Below are positions 12,122 through 24,263 of a stretch of DNA of 64,000 nucleotides, piece after piece (position 1 is the first letter of the stretch; each line of letters opens with the position of its first letter). Below the pieces are notes generated by a model. The model was given only the letters and a program-made list of their open reading frames with translations, was not told where the DNA came from and did not search any database. A program made the position numbers and the translations under genes. The stretch lies in contig JAHLTZ010000031.1 of the NCBI GenBank assembly GCA_025786725.1, forward strand, positions 1 through 64,000, given 5' to 3'. The stretch comes from Syncephalis fuscata S228 (taxonomy: Eukaryota > Fungi > Zoopagomycota).

Positions 12122-14489
12122 TTGTTTGTAATGATTTCACGGATTTAATTAACACAACACACAGGAGTTAATTTCTATTTAATAAAGTATAGTGCTCATT
12201 TAATAACATCCAATCTACCAAACATGATGATGGGTGGTGAATGACATCAGGAATCAAATACTCATTATCGTAGATTTATTATCCAGTATGCATGTATCCA
12301 CTATTCATAAATATCATTCCATGACATACTGGTTACATTATATTCTTTATATGTTTCAATAAACTTCAATCTGTCCACTCATTATGCTATATGCACTATG
12401 GCTTCAATAGTATTTTTATACTTGTCTATCGTACATTTATTCTACTTTCTATCATTCTATAATATAGCGTCAATGCGTTGCTTGGAAATGTTGTTCGTTT
12501 AATACTAGCTTTATTGTCAATAAAAATTAAATTGTTTTATTAATTTTCTGATGCACATATGCACAATGTAACTATTTGATAAACAAATCAGTCAATACGA
12601 ATTAATTATGGCTTTAATGCTAGTCGGGCAGAATGATGAATATGTATGATAATAACAATTTTAAGAGAAATAGGAACATGATGGATTAATGAGCATGTAA
12701 ATAGAGAAGAAAATTAGAAATAAAACAGCGTAAACAGCAACAACATAGTACTGTAATGATGGTATATGCGTACTAGATAATAAATATACCATAATAAACA
12801 TTTTAATAATTAATACTATTTAGCATTCAGTTTCATGTTTAATAAAACGGATATGTAGTTAGTTGCGCGAAAGATGCTTAGCACAAATGCTGACACATAA
12901 TGCTTAGCACAAATGCTGGCACATAATGCTTAGCGCAAATGCTGGCACATAATGCTTAGCGCAAATGCTGGCACATAATGCTTAGCGCAAATGTTGGCAC
13001 ATAATGCTTAGCGCAAATGTTGGCACATAATGCTTAGCGCAAATGTTGGCACATAATGCTTAGCGCAAATGTTGGCACATAATGCTTAGCGCAAATGTTG
13101 GCACATAATGCTTAGCGCAAATGTTGGCACATAATGCTTAGCGCAAATGTTGGCACATAATGCTTAGCGCAAATGTTGGCACATAATGCTTAGCGCAAAT
13201 GTTGGCACATAATGCTTAGCGCAAATGTTGGCACATAATGCTTAGCGCAAATGTTGGCACATAATGCTTAGCGCAAATGTTGGCACATAATGCTTAGCGC
13301 AAATGTTGGCACATAATGCTTAGCGCAAATGTTGGCACATAATGCTTAGCGCAAATGTTGGCACATAATGCTTAGCGCAAATGTTGGCACATAATGCTTA
13401 GCGCAAATGTTGGCACATAATGCTTAGCGCAAATGTTGGCACATAATGCTTAGCGCAAATGTTGGCACATAATGCTTAGCGCAAATGTTGGCACATAATG
13501 CTTAGCGCAAATGTTGGCACATAATGCTTAGCGCAAATGTTGGCACATAATGCTTAGCGCAAATGTTGGCACATAATGCTTAGCGCAAATGTTGGCACAT
13601 AATGCTTAGCGCAAATGTTGGCACATAATGCTTAGCGCAAATGCTGGCACATAATGCTTAGCGCAAATGTTGGCACATAATGCTTAGCGCAAATGCTGGC
13701 ACATAATGCTTAGCACAAATGCTGGCACATAATGCTTAGCGCAAACCTCGCTTTACTCATTATGCTATATGCACTATAGCTTCAACACCACTTATCGTAT
13801 TTTTACTATTGTACATTTGCCATTCTAAATTATTTCATGCTTGCATAGCCTTTCTCTATTTAAGACTGCTTTATTTTTGTTCTAGCACTGTTATTAGCAA
13901 ATGCCGATTAATTCCACTCAATGATCATGCATATATGCTCAATAACCTCAACGCCGCTAATGGTTATTCAATATTACATATTCATTTTATTGTATATTAT
14001 TTTATTTTTAATGACTACGCACTATTCATTGCAGCTGTTTTTTTGTTCTAGCTTCATTATTAATAAAACTCAGCTAATTTCATTCGTTCATTCATGCATA
14101 AACCACTAACTTCAACACCGTGAGCTGTATATTATTTTGTCATATAACAATTACGCACTATTCAAAAATGGTTTCAGCTTGCCTTTATCTTTACTATTAT
14201 AATCTCCATTACATATGAATGTACAATGTGAATGATATTTATGAATAGTGGATACATGCATACTGGATAATAAATCTATGATAATGAGTATTTGATTCCT
14301 GATGTCATTCACCACCCATCATCATGTTTGGTAGATTGGATGTTATTAAATGAGTACTATACTTTATTAAATAGAAGTTAACTCCTGTGTGTTGTGTTAA
14401 TTAAATCCGTGAAATCATTACAAACAATCATGATTCCAACGGTAACTCTGCGTCCATTGTTGGCATTAATCGAGCAAGATAGTCGATAT
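12060..14489. mobile_element. Foldback-like element: 260-bp inverted arms (12060-12319 / 14230-14489) with internal sub-repeats and a minisatellite
   Basis: Arms are reverse complements with 4 mismatches by eye; no transposase ORF; no target-site duplication found. Confidence 0.8.
12874..13745. repeat. 26-bp minisatellite, ~33.5 copies (AATGCTTAGCGCAAATGTTGGCACAT)
   Basis: Directly visible head-to-tail tandem array without spacers. Confidence 0.98.
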
Positions 14490-14564
14490 TCTTTCTTTAC
14501 TACCTTATTTGTCTATCTTTGTTTCTATTGTACGATTGCCACGATTGCATAGTTTGTAAGTTTG

Positions 14565-17500
14565 ATGGTGGACCAACAAACACTATCCAAGGATGGAGGG
14601 CGTGGACGGCCGCTACCGCCAGCACAACTCCATAATGTCACTGCTATGACGCGTGCCCGTCATTCCATGGATGTGAATAGACGTTCTACTAGTCATCACG
14701 AGGAAAGCTCGTCGTGGACAGAGACGTCTTTTCTAGGTGCGGCTATAACACCGTCACCACCTGTATCGCCGCGTCGTTCTCAAGGACGAGTTAGCCATAC
14801 GACAACTTTTAGTCATAATCCTATAAGTACTCAGGCATCACGTCGCCTATCAAATGCACCCAGTCAAACAGGCAGTATAGCCGAAAGTGGTGGTGGTGGC
14901 TCCATTAATCGACCAGCATCGCTATTTCGATCGGGTTATTTAGCACGGGGTGGTCATATCGCAGCTGGTATGTCGACAGCATGGTCACCCGAGACAGCAT
15001 TTGGACGTAATGCTATATCATCGCTACTTAATGCACCTAATACAAAGTCTAAATCGGCCGCTGCTTATTTAACATCGGCATGGCTACCAATGGGTGCAGG
15101 TGCTGCAGGAGGTGTTGCGCTACCTCGGCCAGAAACACCGCCTGTTCAACCAACGGCTATTCGTCGTGTACGGCCTGAAGAGTTTCAAAGCTATCTGGCC
15201 GGTATTAGTGAACCATGGTCCGATTATGAAATGAATAGAAGTGCTTCTGAACGTATTGCCCGTTCACTGGCCAGTAATACACTTGCTGAGGGTGATAATC
15301 AAGAACTAATCCATCTATCGGCCGAATTACCACCTGTGCCGGTTACCGAATTAAATACAGTACCAAGGCTATTTTTTGAAGAGGATTTCGACTTAAGCGA
15401 CCCATCTACATTTACAAATACATTAAAGCTTGCAGCTGTTGCATTGAATCGAGAACCAGATATTAAATGTATTCAGCCAGACTTGATTGATTGGTATTCC
15501 CAGCATTTGGATACAGTTGAGTCTCATTTATTACGGGAGGTGGCATTACGATCTTCATCGTTTTTTGCAGCATTAGCAGCACTTCGTAATTTACATTCAC
15601 AAAGTACATCGAGTGTGACACGTACACGGGAACTACGTAGTATGTTAGCAGCAATTACGCGCGATCGTGTACTGCCCGTACTTAATGTTATACAACAATC
15701 ACGACGTCGTGAACATTTACAGCAATTAAAAGATGCCATATTATTAATTCAAGATACGCAACGCAATAGAAAACAAGCAGCCGACGCACTTACTGATGGT
15801 CGAGCTCGTGAAGCTTATAAAATTGCTGCTAAGTCACGACAGCGTTTGGTTGAAACATTTGCCAACCTATCACCAATTGTTAACAAGGTTGAAGAAACAG
15901 AGTCATCTATAGCACATCAAATGATGACACACCATTATCAGAATTGTCTACAGACGAGAAAAGTAAAAGGCAAATCTGGATTATAAATCATTTAAAGGAC
16001 GAGCTAGAGAAACTAGAACTAGAGGCCCGTACTGCTATGGAAGATGAACTCGTTCGTTTAGTAGCATCTTATTTAAACGACGTATGCGCACAATCAATAG
16101 AACACACAGAAAACAAGCATAATTATCAAGATGAATATGATAGAATTGTTCGTACATGTTTTCTTGAAGATCTGGCACGTTCAATCCAAATGCTGGCGCC
16201 GGCTACTGGATTCACGATTACTACAATGACAGCACTACTTAATACTATTGTTATGTTGGCCAATGATATATTTATTAAGGTAAGTAATATAATATGTAGT
16301 CGATCCATTATTAATAGATTTGTTAGAATGTAACACCAGATAATAGGACAGAGGATATATTAACAACCGAATCATTAACATCGATAGAAAAGTTTGTATT
16401 TACTGATAAGTAAGTTTGTTGATTAGTATCATACATGGGTATTTAGTTTCTAATTATTATACACATAGAGCTACATTGACACAAAAAATGCAAGCAATGA
16501 CGCTAGATGCTTTTATCGAGCTACTTGATACATTATACGCACATTATGCCAAACTATTAAAAGCAGTAAGCCATTTACAGCAAACAGCCTATCGTTTATT
16601 GGAGCGATCACCGACATCCCCCCAAATCCATCTGTGGCTGATAATACATCGCATGAATCAAAGCAAGATACTGAAGAAAAGAATGAATCAGTATCAGAAG
16701 TTGAAAAGGCTCAAGAAGATAAACCGCATTATTTACACGTATTATTAGAACAATGGAGCAGCCTACCTCAATCTGCTACATTGGCTGTACATAGTCGATG
16801 TATTGAGTTGATTCAATTACGAAAACAGCATATTGAACACTATCAGCAAAAGATTTCTATCGTCTATTATTGCCAGCTGATACATTTGTACGACAATCAT
16901 GTAGTTGGAGTAGATTGAGTCTGGACAAAACACCATTTACTAAAATGTTAAAGACTTTAGTAAGTTGTATTATAAAAGTGTACTGAAGATGGTAAATAAC
17001 AAACCATTGATAATAGGCAGTTGGATTTCTTAGTACATTTCATACAGAACGTCGACGTCAATCGGCCACACTTATTGCCGGTGAAATGTGGGTGGCATGC
17101 GATGTACCACCAGAGTTTCAACAATTTGCCGATGCTATTGTTAGTGGACATGGCGAACTGCCTACACCCACTATAGCACCCACTCGTACATTAAAGTCCA
17201 ATACCAATAATGATGATAAAAATGAAGGAGAAACTACATTGCATCATCACCACCACCGAGTGAAAAGCAAATACATGTAAATTCCAAAGCATTTTATACA
17301 GTGGGTGGTACTCTACTTATCATCAAGATGTTATCGGAGTATTTACAATGTGCGCATCGTATTCAAGTGGCATCGCATCATGTATCAAGAGCCGTTGTTG
17401 ATCTATTACGGGTAAGTTGGCAATGATTATATATATACACATATATATTTATATTTATGAGTATATATTTACTATTTTATCGATTCAATAGATGTTTAAT

Positions 17501-18436
17501 ACCCGTGTCAATCAAATGGTACTAGGTGCTGGGGCAATTCAGTCCGCTGGTTTAAAGAATATCACCGCTAAACATATTGGTAAGTTATTATAGTAATAAT
17601 TAGACTTATAGATGTATAATGTAACATGAATATTAGCACTCGCTTCTCAGTCTTTGGCCTTAGTACAGATACTTATGCCCTATCTGCGTATCAATATGGC
17701 CGAACTTGCACCGAGGAATAAGGCAACTCAAGTGATGGATGATTTTGATCGATTGGCCAAGGTAGCAATAATGAATATACTCTAGTAACACAAAAGTAAT
17801 GGTAACGATATTAGGAATTGTCGGATCATCAAGATCAATTAAGATCAAAGCTACTCGAGATTATGAGAGACCGTGTAACTAGAACATGCCAGCGTATTGA
17901 AGTAATCATTAAATATACAGATAATCAATATATTTATTTTGTTTAATAGGCCACCGATTGGGATGCTACCGATGGAGCTACAAATAGTAATAACAATAAC
18001 AGCAACGAGGAACTTAATCCTAGTCGTCCAATGACTGAACTTGTCAAAGATACAGTGACACTACACAAAGTGTTGACTCGTTTCTATCCATCGGAGAAGG
18101 TGCAAGTAAGTAATCATAATTATTAATTAGTCGTTTATTAATAGCTCTAATTTAGGATGTATTGACGGCTGTGGTTAGAAACCATTCAGATTGTTTGGAG
18201 AGTGCGTATAATCGATTAACTTTGCGAACAAGTTATGGCAAACGACGGTAAGTTGATGATTTATCTATAGCTTTAATCTAATATACATATCTACACACAC
18301 ATATATATCTATATCTATATATATATATAGTCTACTATCTGATGCTCGTTACTTTGTAACACAGTTATCAGCACTTAATAGTGTTCGTGCTTTAGGTAAT
18401 CAATTAGAAGTAGCAGCAAATAATATTAAAGTCTAA
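14565..18436 (+). CDS. VPS54: GARP complex subunit Vps54 (multi-exon, several apparent frameshifts)
   Basis: LNTVPRLFFEEDFDLSDPSTF, LDTVESHLLREVALRSSSFFAAL, QMVLGAGAIQSAGLKNITAKH, LVKDTVTLHKVL. Confidence 0.9.
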
Positions 18437-18540
18437 TTAATAAAGTAAAACTATTATTATTACGATGTATTACTACTACAATGGCTACTAATGATATTAT
18501 TATTATAGTAAAAAAATAACAATGAAAATAATTAAATTGT

Positions 18541-21242
18541 TCAATATTGAGCGGGACGACGTTTCTTGCCCGATTTTGACTTTTGTAATGAGCGTGGTAC
18601 ACCACGTTCATGTAGTTCATCCATTTTCTTCTGGAATACACTCGATGCTGTTTTCTGTGACAGTTTTTGTACTTGCCAAATTGCTTGTGCACCCGCACCA
18701 TCCCGTTTACGTTTACGCTCCTTAGGACGATCATATTCAAGATCATAGGTCGATGGCCGTTTCTTTTTCTTAATCATTGACTTTACCAATTGATCACGTT
18801 CTTCACGGGTTACTGTTGATGTTCCTTGCGATGTATTGGCTGTAACAACATCCCAGCCTTTAACTGTATATAATAATAATAATAATGCATTAATGTCTAT
18901 TGATCATCGTAATCTAGTCAAGGTTACACTTGCCTAATTTTCCATCATATTGAGACTGTTTATCTCTCGGACCGAATATTGCTTCTAAAGTAGTGGCACT
19001 TTCTGTTGACTGTGTCTTCTTGCGTGCCTCTTCTCGCTGAATGACTGCATCCAATTTAGCCGATTTGACATCTTCATTCTCGTCCCATTTAACGATAGGT
19101 GCCGGTGTTGCTGCCAAATACGTTGATGATGCTGATGGCTGTTTTTTGGTCATTGATACTGATTTATTCAATGCTAAAGTTGAATTATTTTTTACTAGAC
19201 CAAGTGTTGTTGTTTTATCAATAATTGATGAAGTGACAGTCTTTGATTCTATTGATTGCAAATTGGTTGATATCATATTGTAGTCGGTGGGCGCAGTAGA
19301 TGACACGGCAGATTCACGTTCTAGTAATTCTCGCTTCTTTTGTTTCCTTAATCGTTTCTTTTCTTTCTTACTCAACTTTCTAGATATTTGTTCATTATTG
19401 ATCATTTCCAATGAATTGTCTATTCCATTTGATTTCTTTTCATGGAACTGATCCTTTTGTCGATTGGCTATAAAGTCAGTTCGGTCTATACTCTCTCCGA
19501 TGTCCATATGATTATTTTTAGCTTTAACCGGTTTGGATGGATGATTGACTGGTGTTGCTAGTGCATCTTTCTGGGTATTCTTTTGCTTTTGTGTTGTTAC
19601 ACTTGGTTGTTCAGTAGATCTTGTTGTTGATGGTAGACGTGTGTAGAATAGAATATACGCCTTTTCGTTCATAACACGTTTAGCGCTTACTTGATCGACT
19701 GAATCATCGTTCATGCAGTGCCACATGCCAGCAGCCGATTTGACATAGCTGTAATAATGGCCGGATCGGCAAGAACTACCCGAATGTACTAATACCGCAT
19801 ACAGCTGATATTTGGCCGATTCTCTAGCTAGAGAGTGTACTGGTTTGCCAGCTCGTTCTGCATCTCGAATATCTACCTGGCTACTTAGGCATGGTGTTAA
19901 ATCGAGTACTTCGTTAAAATCAATTGGTTTGCCAATCTTTTCGCCAAAATGATTAAATCGCTTTAAATGAAGTGTAAGTGTTGCTGGTGCACGCTCTACC
20001 GTAAATCGTTTACGAGCTTCAACCATTTGCCGACAAGAATCACAACGATATCTATTTTCGCGTGTTAGCTTTTCGGGTCGAGTGAAGCGACGTAGTGCCT
20101 TTTCGACTGAATCTACGCCGGCTAAATCCACGCTGAGATCAAGTAATGGATCATACGTGTTTGAACGATGATCACAGTCAAGACAATGAACTTGGGAACG
20201 AAGGTATCCACCAAATACTCGGTAGACCATTGTCGTTTCCTTTAGGCGTTGATCAATATTACTATATTGATAATGTCTTAGTTTTGTTTGTATGTAAACA
20301 TTATTATTAAATACCTTTCATAATCTACAAGGCAACTTGTTTGCATGGCATCAACCAAGTAGCGTAAAAATTCATGTGCATCTTCTTGTCTACCCAATCG
20401 CATATGTTTTGCAATAGCTATTGTAACAGATAAGCATTATAATAAATAAACTATATGCTGTATATTTACCGCGTAATCTACCAACAATACGACCAGGACG
20501 TACTGCATGATATCCACCACCACCACCTTCTCGTCGCAAGCATTGCTTTAAATGGACCTCTAATTCGCAAAGCATACAAAAACCAGGAATACGGCCTTAA
20601 TTCAACATTAGCTATAGGTGCTGTGTAAATAATAATCTATTACTTACAAGTACGGCTATGTCCACTCTCTAGCATATATTGGGCCAACGATGGAGTATAG
20701 GTAAGGCATTGTAATACTGAGTTAAGAAAGCAAGTGTTGCCAAGATTAAGTAGTCCCGGACCAATAGGCTGGATATTACGCCATGTTGGCTGTAGCTTTT
20801 CTTCTGAGAAAAGACCGCGTTTTGGTAACACTAATGCTTCACCACGATTGAGTAATGGTTCAGCCTGATCTACATCCATAGCTGTGGCATCATTATTACG
20901 AACCACGATTGATGAAGTGTTTGCACTTTGAGCAGCTTTAATCACAGCATCTGGTGCATTAATTGGTCTATACTTTTTGCGTAATGCATCTTGACGAGCA
21001 TCAGGTCGCGTATATTTGGCGAATTCAATTCTACGAAGGAAGAAAGCGTCCAAATCACGCGGCTTTGTGAGTTGATGATCGATCAATTCGGACGCAGTCT
21101 CATTTCTTTCGTCTTGTTGTTTATTCAAACGTTCCTTTCGCGCTTTCTTCTCTGCACGACGCGCCTTCTTAAGCGATAGACTCGCCTTTTTATTATTAAG
21201 CAACGGTTGGGAATACACAGGCGCAGCTAGAACCGGTGTCAT
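18541..21242 (-). CDS. Ubiquitin C-terminal hydrolase, USP36/USP42-like
   Basis: Cys box [26 protein letters not shown], His box [18 protein letters not shown], basic C-terminus with YDLEYD. Confidence 0.92.
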
Positions 21243-22019
21243 TGTTGAATGGATACAAATACTATCGGGTTCCGTTGTCGACCCGTAAACGCTAACACTG
21301 CTACTCTAAATGGTGCAAAATTGTCGCTATGCTCTTGCTTAATAAAAATAATAGTACTCACAATGGTCCAGAGTGCCAACAACTCGGTTGTTGTTGCTGA
21401 GTCACTGCTAACCGGTGATTGAATGGCAAAACGCGGTTCAAGGTAATATGGCTAAAAGCTGAATAGTAAAAAAGAGTGAAAAAAATCTTACATTTTTTGT
21501 GAATGCTGTGTTCTGTGTACAAATGAAATGAACCAATCAAAGCAAGATTGGCCGCTGTAAAACATTGCTGTAAAGTGTGCACCATATACGCACAAATTAC
21601 GTGCTATTTAGTGTAGATAAAGATATCGTTTTTATTAGTAAAGTATGGTTACTAGAACATTAAATACAGTAGAATAAATAAACAAAAAAATACGCAAATA
21701 GTAATGGTAAAACTATAGTGTATACAATGGACCGCAGCGAGTTAAAATTAACTGAATTTATAACAAGTACAACTAGCAATAAATAAGTAATTTAAAGCTA
21801 CTGTACTTTGACTCACACACTTTTAGACACAATCAAACATCCATTCATTACTATAACATGTATAATATTACGTCCAACATTAATCAGTTCATGTGTAACT
21901 ATCAATACAATAATGTAATTAATTGGTTATATATATTATTGCTTTAATATATATATATATACATTGTCATTATAATATTAATTGTTCAAAATGCCATATA
22001 TTTAGTCAGATTGGCTATA

Positions 22020-22497
22020 GGAAAAGTGGCTGGTTAATAAACGACATTTATAATAATTATATTAATCTTGATCTTACATCACAAATATGCCCAGAATGCA
22101 ATAGTAGAATATTAGAAAATAGAGGAGGCCATTTAGATACAATAATTCATGCTGTACATAGATGCAATAATAACAAATGCGGAATGATATAAAATTGTAA
22201 TCATATGGCTTTTATTAATATTCAATTAATTTTTCTACACATAGATAATGATAATAATGATCAACCTCAAATGCTACAAAGCAATCAAATGGCATGTTAC
22301 ATTATTTATTTAAATGTTTAAAATATTACTAATACGATGTTCTGTTACATCTAATCAATTCTATTTTATGGAAATGATAATGTATAATAATATTAAATTA
22401 ATATTTATTGTGAATGATCATTTAAATACAAATTAATCCAATCAACCCGTCAGCTATTTAAATGGTTACAATTGATTGCGTAAAAAGATTTACTACC
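22020..22497 (+). pseudogene. Fanzor/TnpB-like nuclease C-terminal remnant, copy 1, plus conserved 3' tail
   Basis: INLDLTSQICPEC...IIHAVHRCNNNKCGMI*NCNHMAFINIQLIF...QPQML: RuvC-II/zinc finger/RuvC-III region with WNRD decayed to *NCN. Confidence 0.75.
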
Positions 22498-22684
22498 TGG
22501 GGGTTAAAGTAAATACCAACCAAGTAATTTTGATGAATAAAATATAACTGGCAAACAATAGATTGTTATACATTAAAATGAATATAAAATAGAAAAGTCA
22601 TGGACAATAACTTGGAATTAAAGTGTGGATATATGTATGTTGTATATGAAACATATTAAAGTTTATAACAAAAAAATAGAGAAA

Positions 22685-22880
22685 TACGATAGAATGAAAT
22701 ATAATGGTATGATTATACAATGGAAAGAATATAGCTGGATCAAGGATATATGTGTACTAAGTGATTAAGCAATAGTAATAAGTATTTTAATCGTTAATAA
22801 AACTCACCACTTAGTTCCATGTTCAACAGAACAAATAATTAGTTCAATTGTGCTAATGTTATTAAGTCATTTTACCACTA
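22685..22880 (-). repeat. Degenerate arm of the foldback family
   Basis: AAGTATTTTAATCGTTAATAAAACTCACCACTTAGTTCCATGTTCAACAGAA aligns with 25761-25812 and 4790-4865. Confidence 0.6.
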
Positions 22881-23254
22881 AAGGACAAGTGTATCATAAA
22901 ACATATCGGTAATAAAGTAATATTTTGAACAAACTACTATATAATACTACTTTGCTTTTATTTTTAATATTTATGTACTTTCTTTTACATGCAACAATAT
23001 AAGAAGAAAAGACATCTAAAGTACTAGTTTGCAACTAGGTATATGGTATTATAGAAAATAAAAATAAAGTGTTTTTGTTCTGTTAAACGGTACAAGATGT
23101 GTAATTTTATTTTATTTTGCCACTTTGTTAAAACAAAATATTGATTTGTATGTAAATATGTGCACGTTTGCAGCATTTGCACAAATACTCTATTTGTTAT
23201 TGGCAAACTAATAAAAATGTTTATTATGAAAAATCAATGTACTGAGCGAGTGTT

Positions 23255-24263
23255 TTAATAGCCGCTGTTGTTGTTGTTACCATAGCCGCATGAACCGGTG
23301 TTGTTGTTACCGTAGCCGCTTGAACCAGTGTTGTTGTTGTTGTGGCTAGGAGTGTTGCCATAGCCAGTAGATGTATTGCCATGAGCAGGGGTGTTGCTGC
23401 CATAGCCAGCTTTGTTGGCGTTGTTGTTATTGTTGCCATAGCCGCTTGAGCTGGTATTGTTGTTATTGTGGCTAGGAGTGTTACCGTAGCCGGTTGAACC
23501 AGCGTTGTTGTTATTGTGGCTAGGGGTGTTACCATAGCCGGTTGAACCAGTGTTGTTATTACCGTATCCGCTTGAGCCGGTGTTGTTGTTGCCATAGCCG
23601 CTTGAGTTGTTGTTATTACGGTCACGGCTGTTGCTGCGGTTGTGACTATCGTGGCGGTCGCGGCTGTTGCTACGATTGTGACTATCGTGGCGGTCACGGC
23701 TACGGCTGCGATCGCGGTTACCGTGGCTAGTATGGCGATCGCGGCTACGGCTACGGCTGCGGCTGCGGTCACGACGGCTGTTATTGCGGTCACGGCTGCG
23801 GCTACGGCTGCGGCTGCGGTCACGACGGCTGCTGCTGGTGCGGTGGTCATCGTCATCGCGACGGCCTAAGCTGCTGACCTTGTTGTCGCTCTTGTATTGA
23901 TCATCCTTCTTGTGGTCATCCTTCTTCTTGCCATCCTTGTCGTCATCGTGGAGGTATTCGTAAGCTCCATAGGCAGCAGCGCCAGCTGCAGCAGCACCGA
24001 GGACACCAATAGCAACCTTGGCGCCAGTCTAATAAAACATAACATATAAAAAATTAGAAATATGATCAATAGATGTAATAACCAATAGTACTTACGCTCA
24101 TGCCACTGTCCTTCTTATGGTCGACTGGCTTGTTGGCATTAAAGCCTTGAGCCTGGGCCTGACCTGGCTTAGCATAGCCTGGTTGGTTATGGCCAGTTTG
24201 GTTTTGCTGTGGCTTGCTAGAGCCGAAAAGCCCGCGCTCTCCTTCTTGAGGTCCAGTAGTCAT
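23255..24263 (-). CDS. Low-complexity protein: EGERGL N-terminus, Gly/Ala hydrophobic segment, RS/RD repeats, (S/T)GYGN(N)n repeats; 2 exons
   Basis: ATG 24263, intron ~24029-24095; exon 2 reads TGAKVAIGVLGAAAAGAAAYGAYEYL...RDRSRSRSRS...SSGYGNNNTG... to TAA 23255; this frame is not in the ORF track. Confidence 0.8.

Noticed and set aside
12874-13745. CRISPR array
   Set aside because: Units are contiguous with no unique spacers; eukaryotic context with no cas genes
18864-18933. GC-AG intron in the USP36-like gene
   Set aside because: A same-phase GT donor (GTAACC) lies 6 nt away, so the GC donor is not required
22495-22510. piggyBac-like terminus (GGGGG-TTAA) at the end of Fanzor copy 1
   Set aside because: Copy 2 has a G-run but no TTAA, and no matching TTAA-CCC left end was found; insufficient support
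23224-23869. Thr/Ala-rich 210-aa ORF and overlapping antisense ORFs as real mucin-like proteins
   Set aside because: Alternative-frame shadows of the RS/GYGN repeats; the spliced frame from ATG 24263 is a different one
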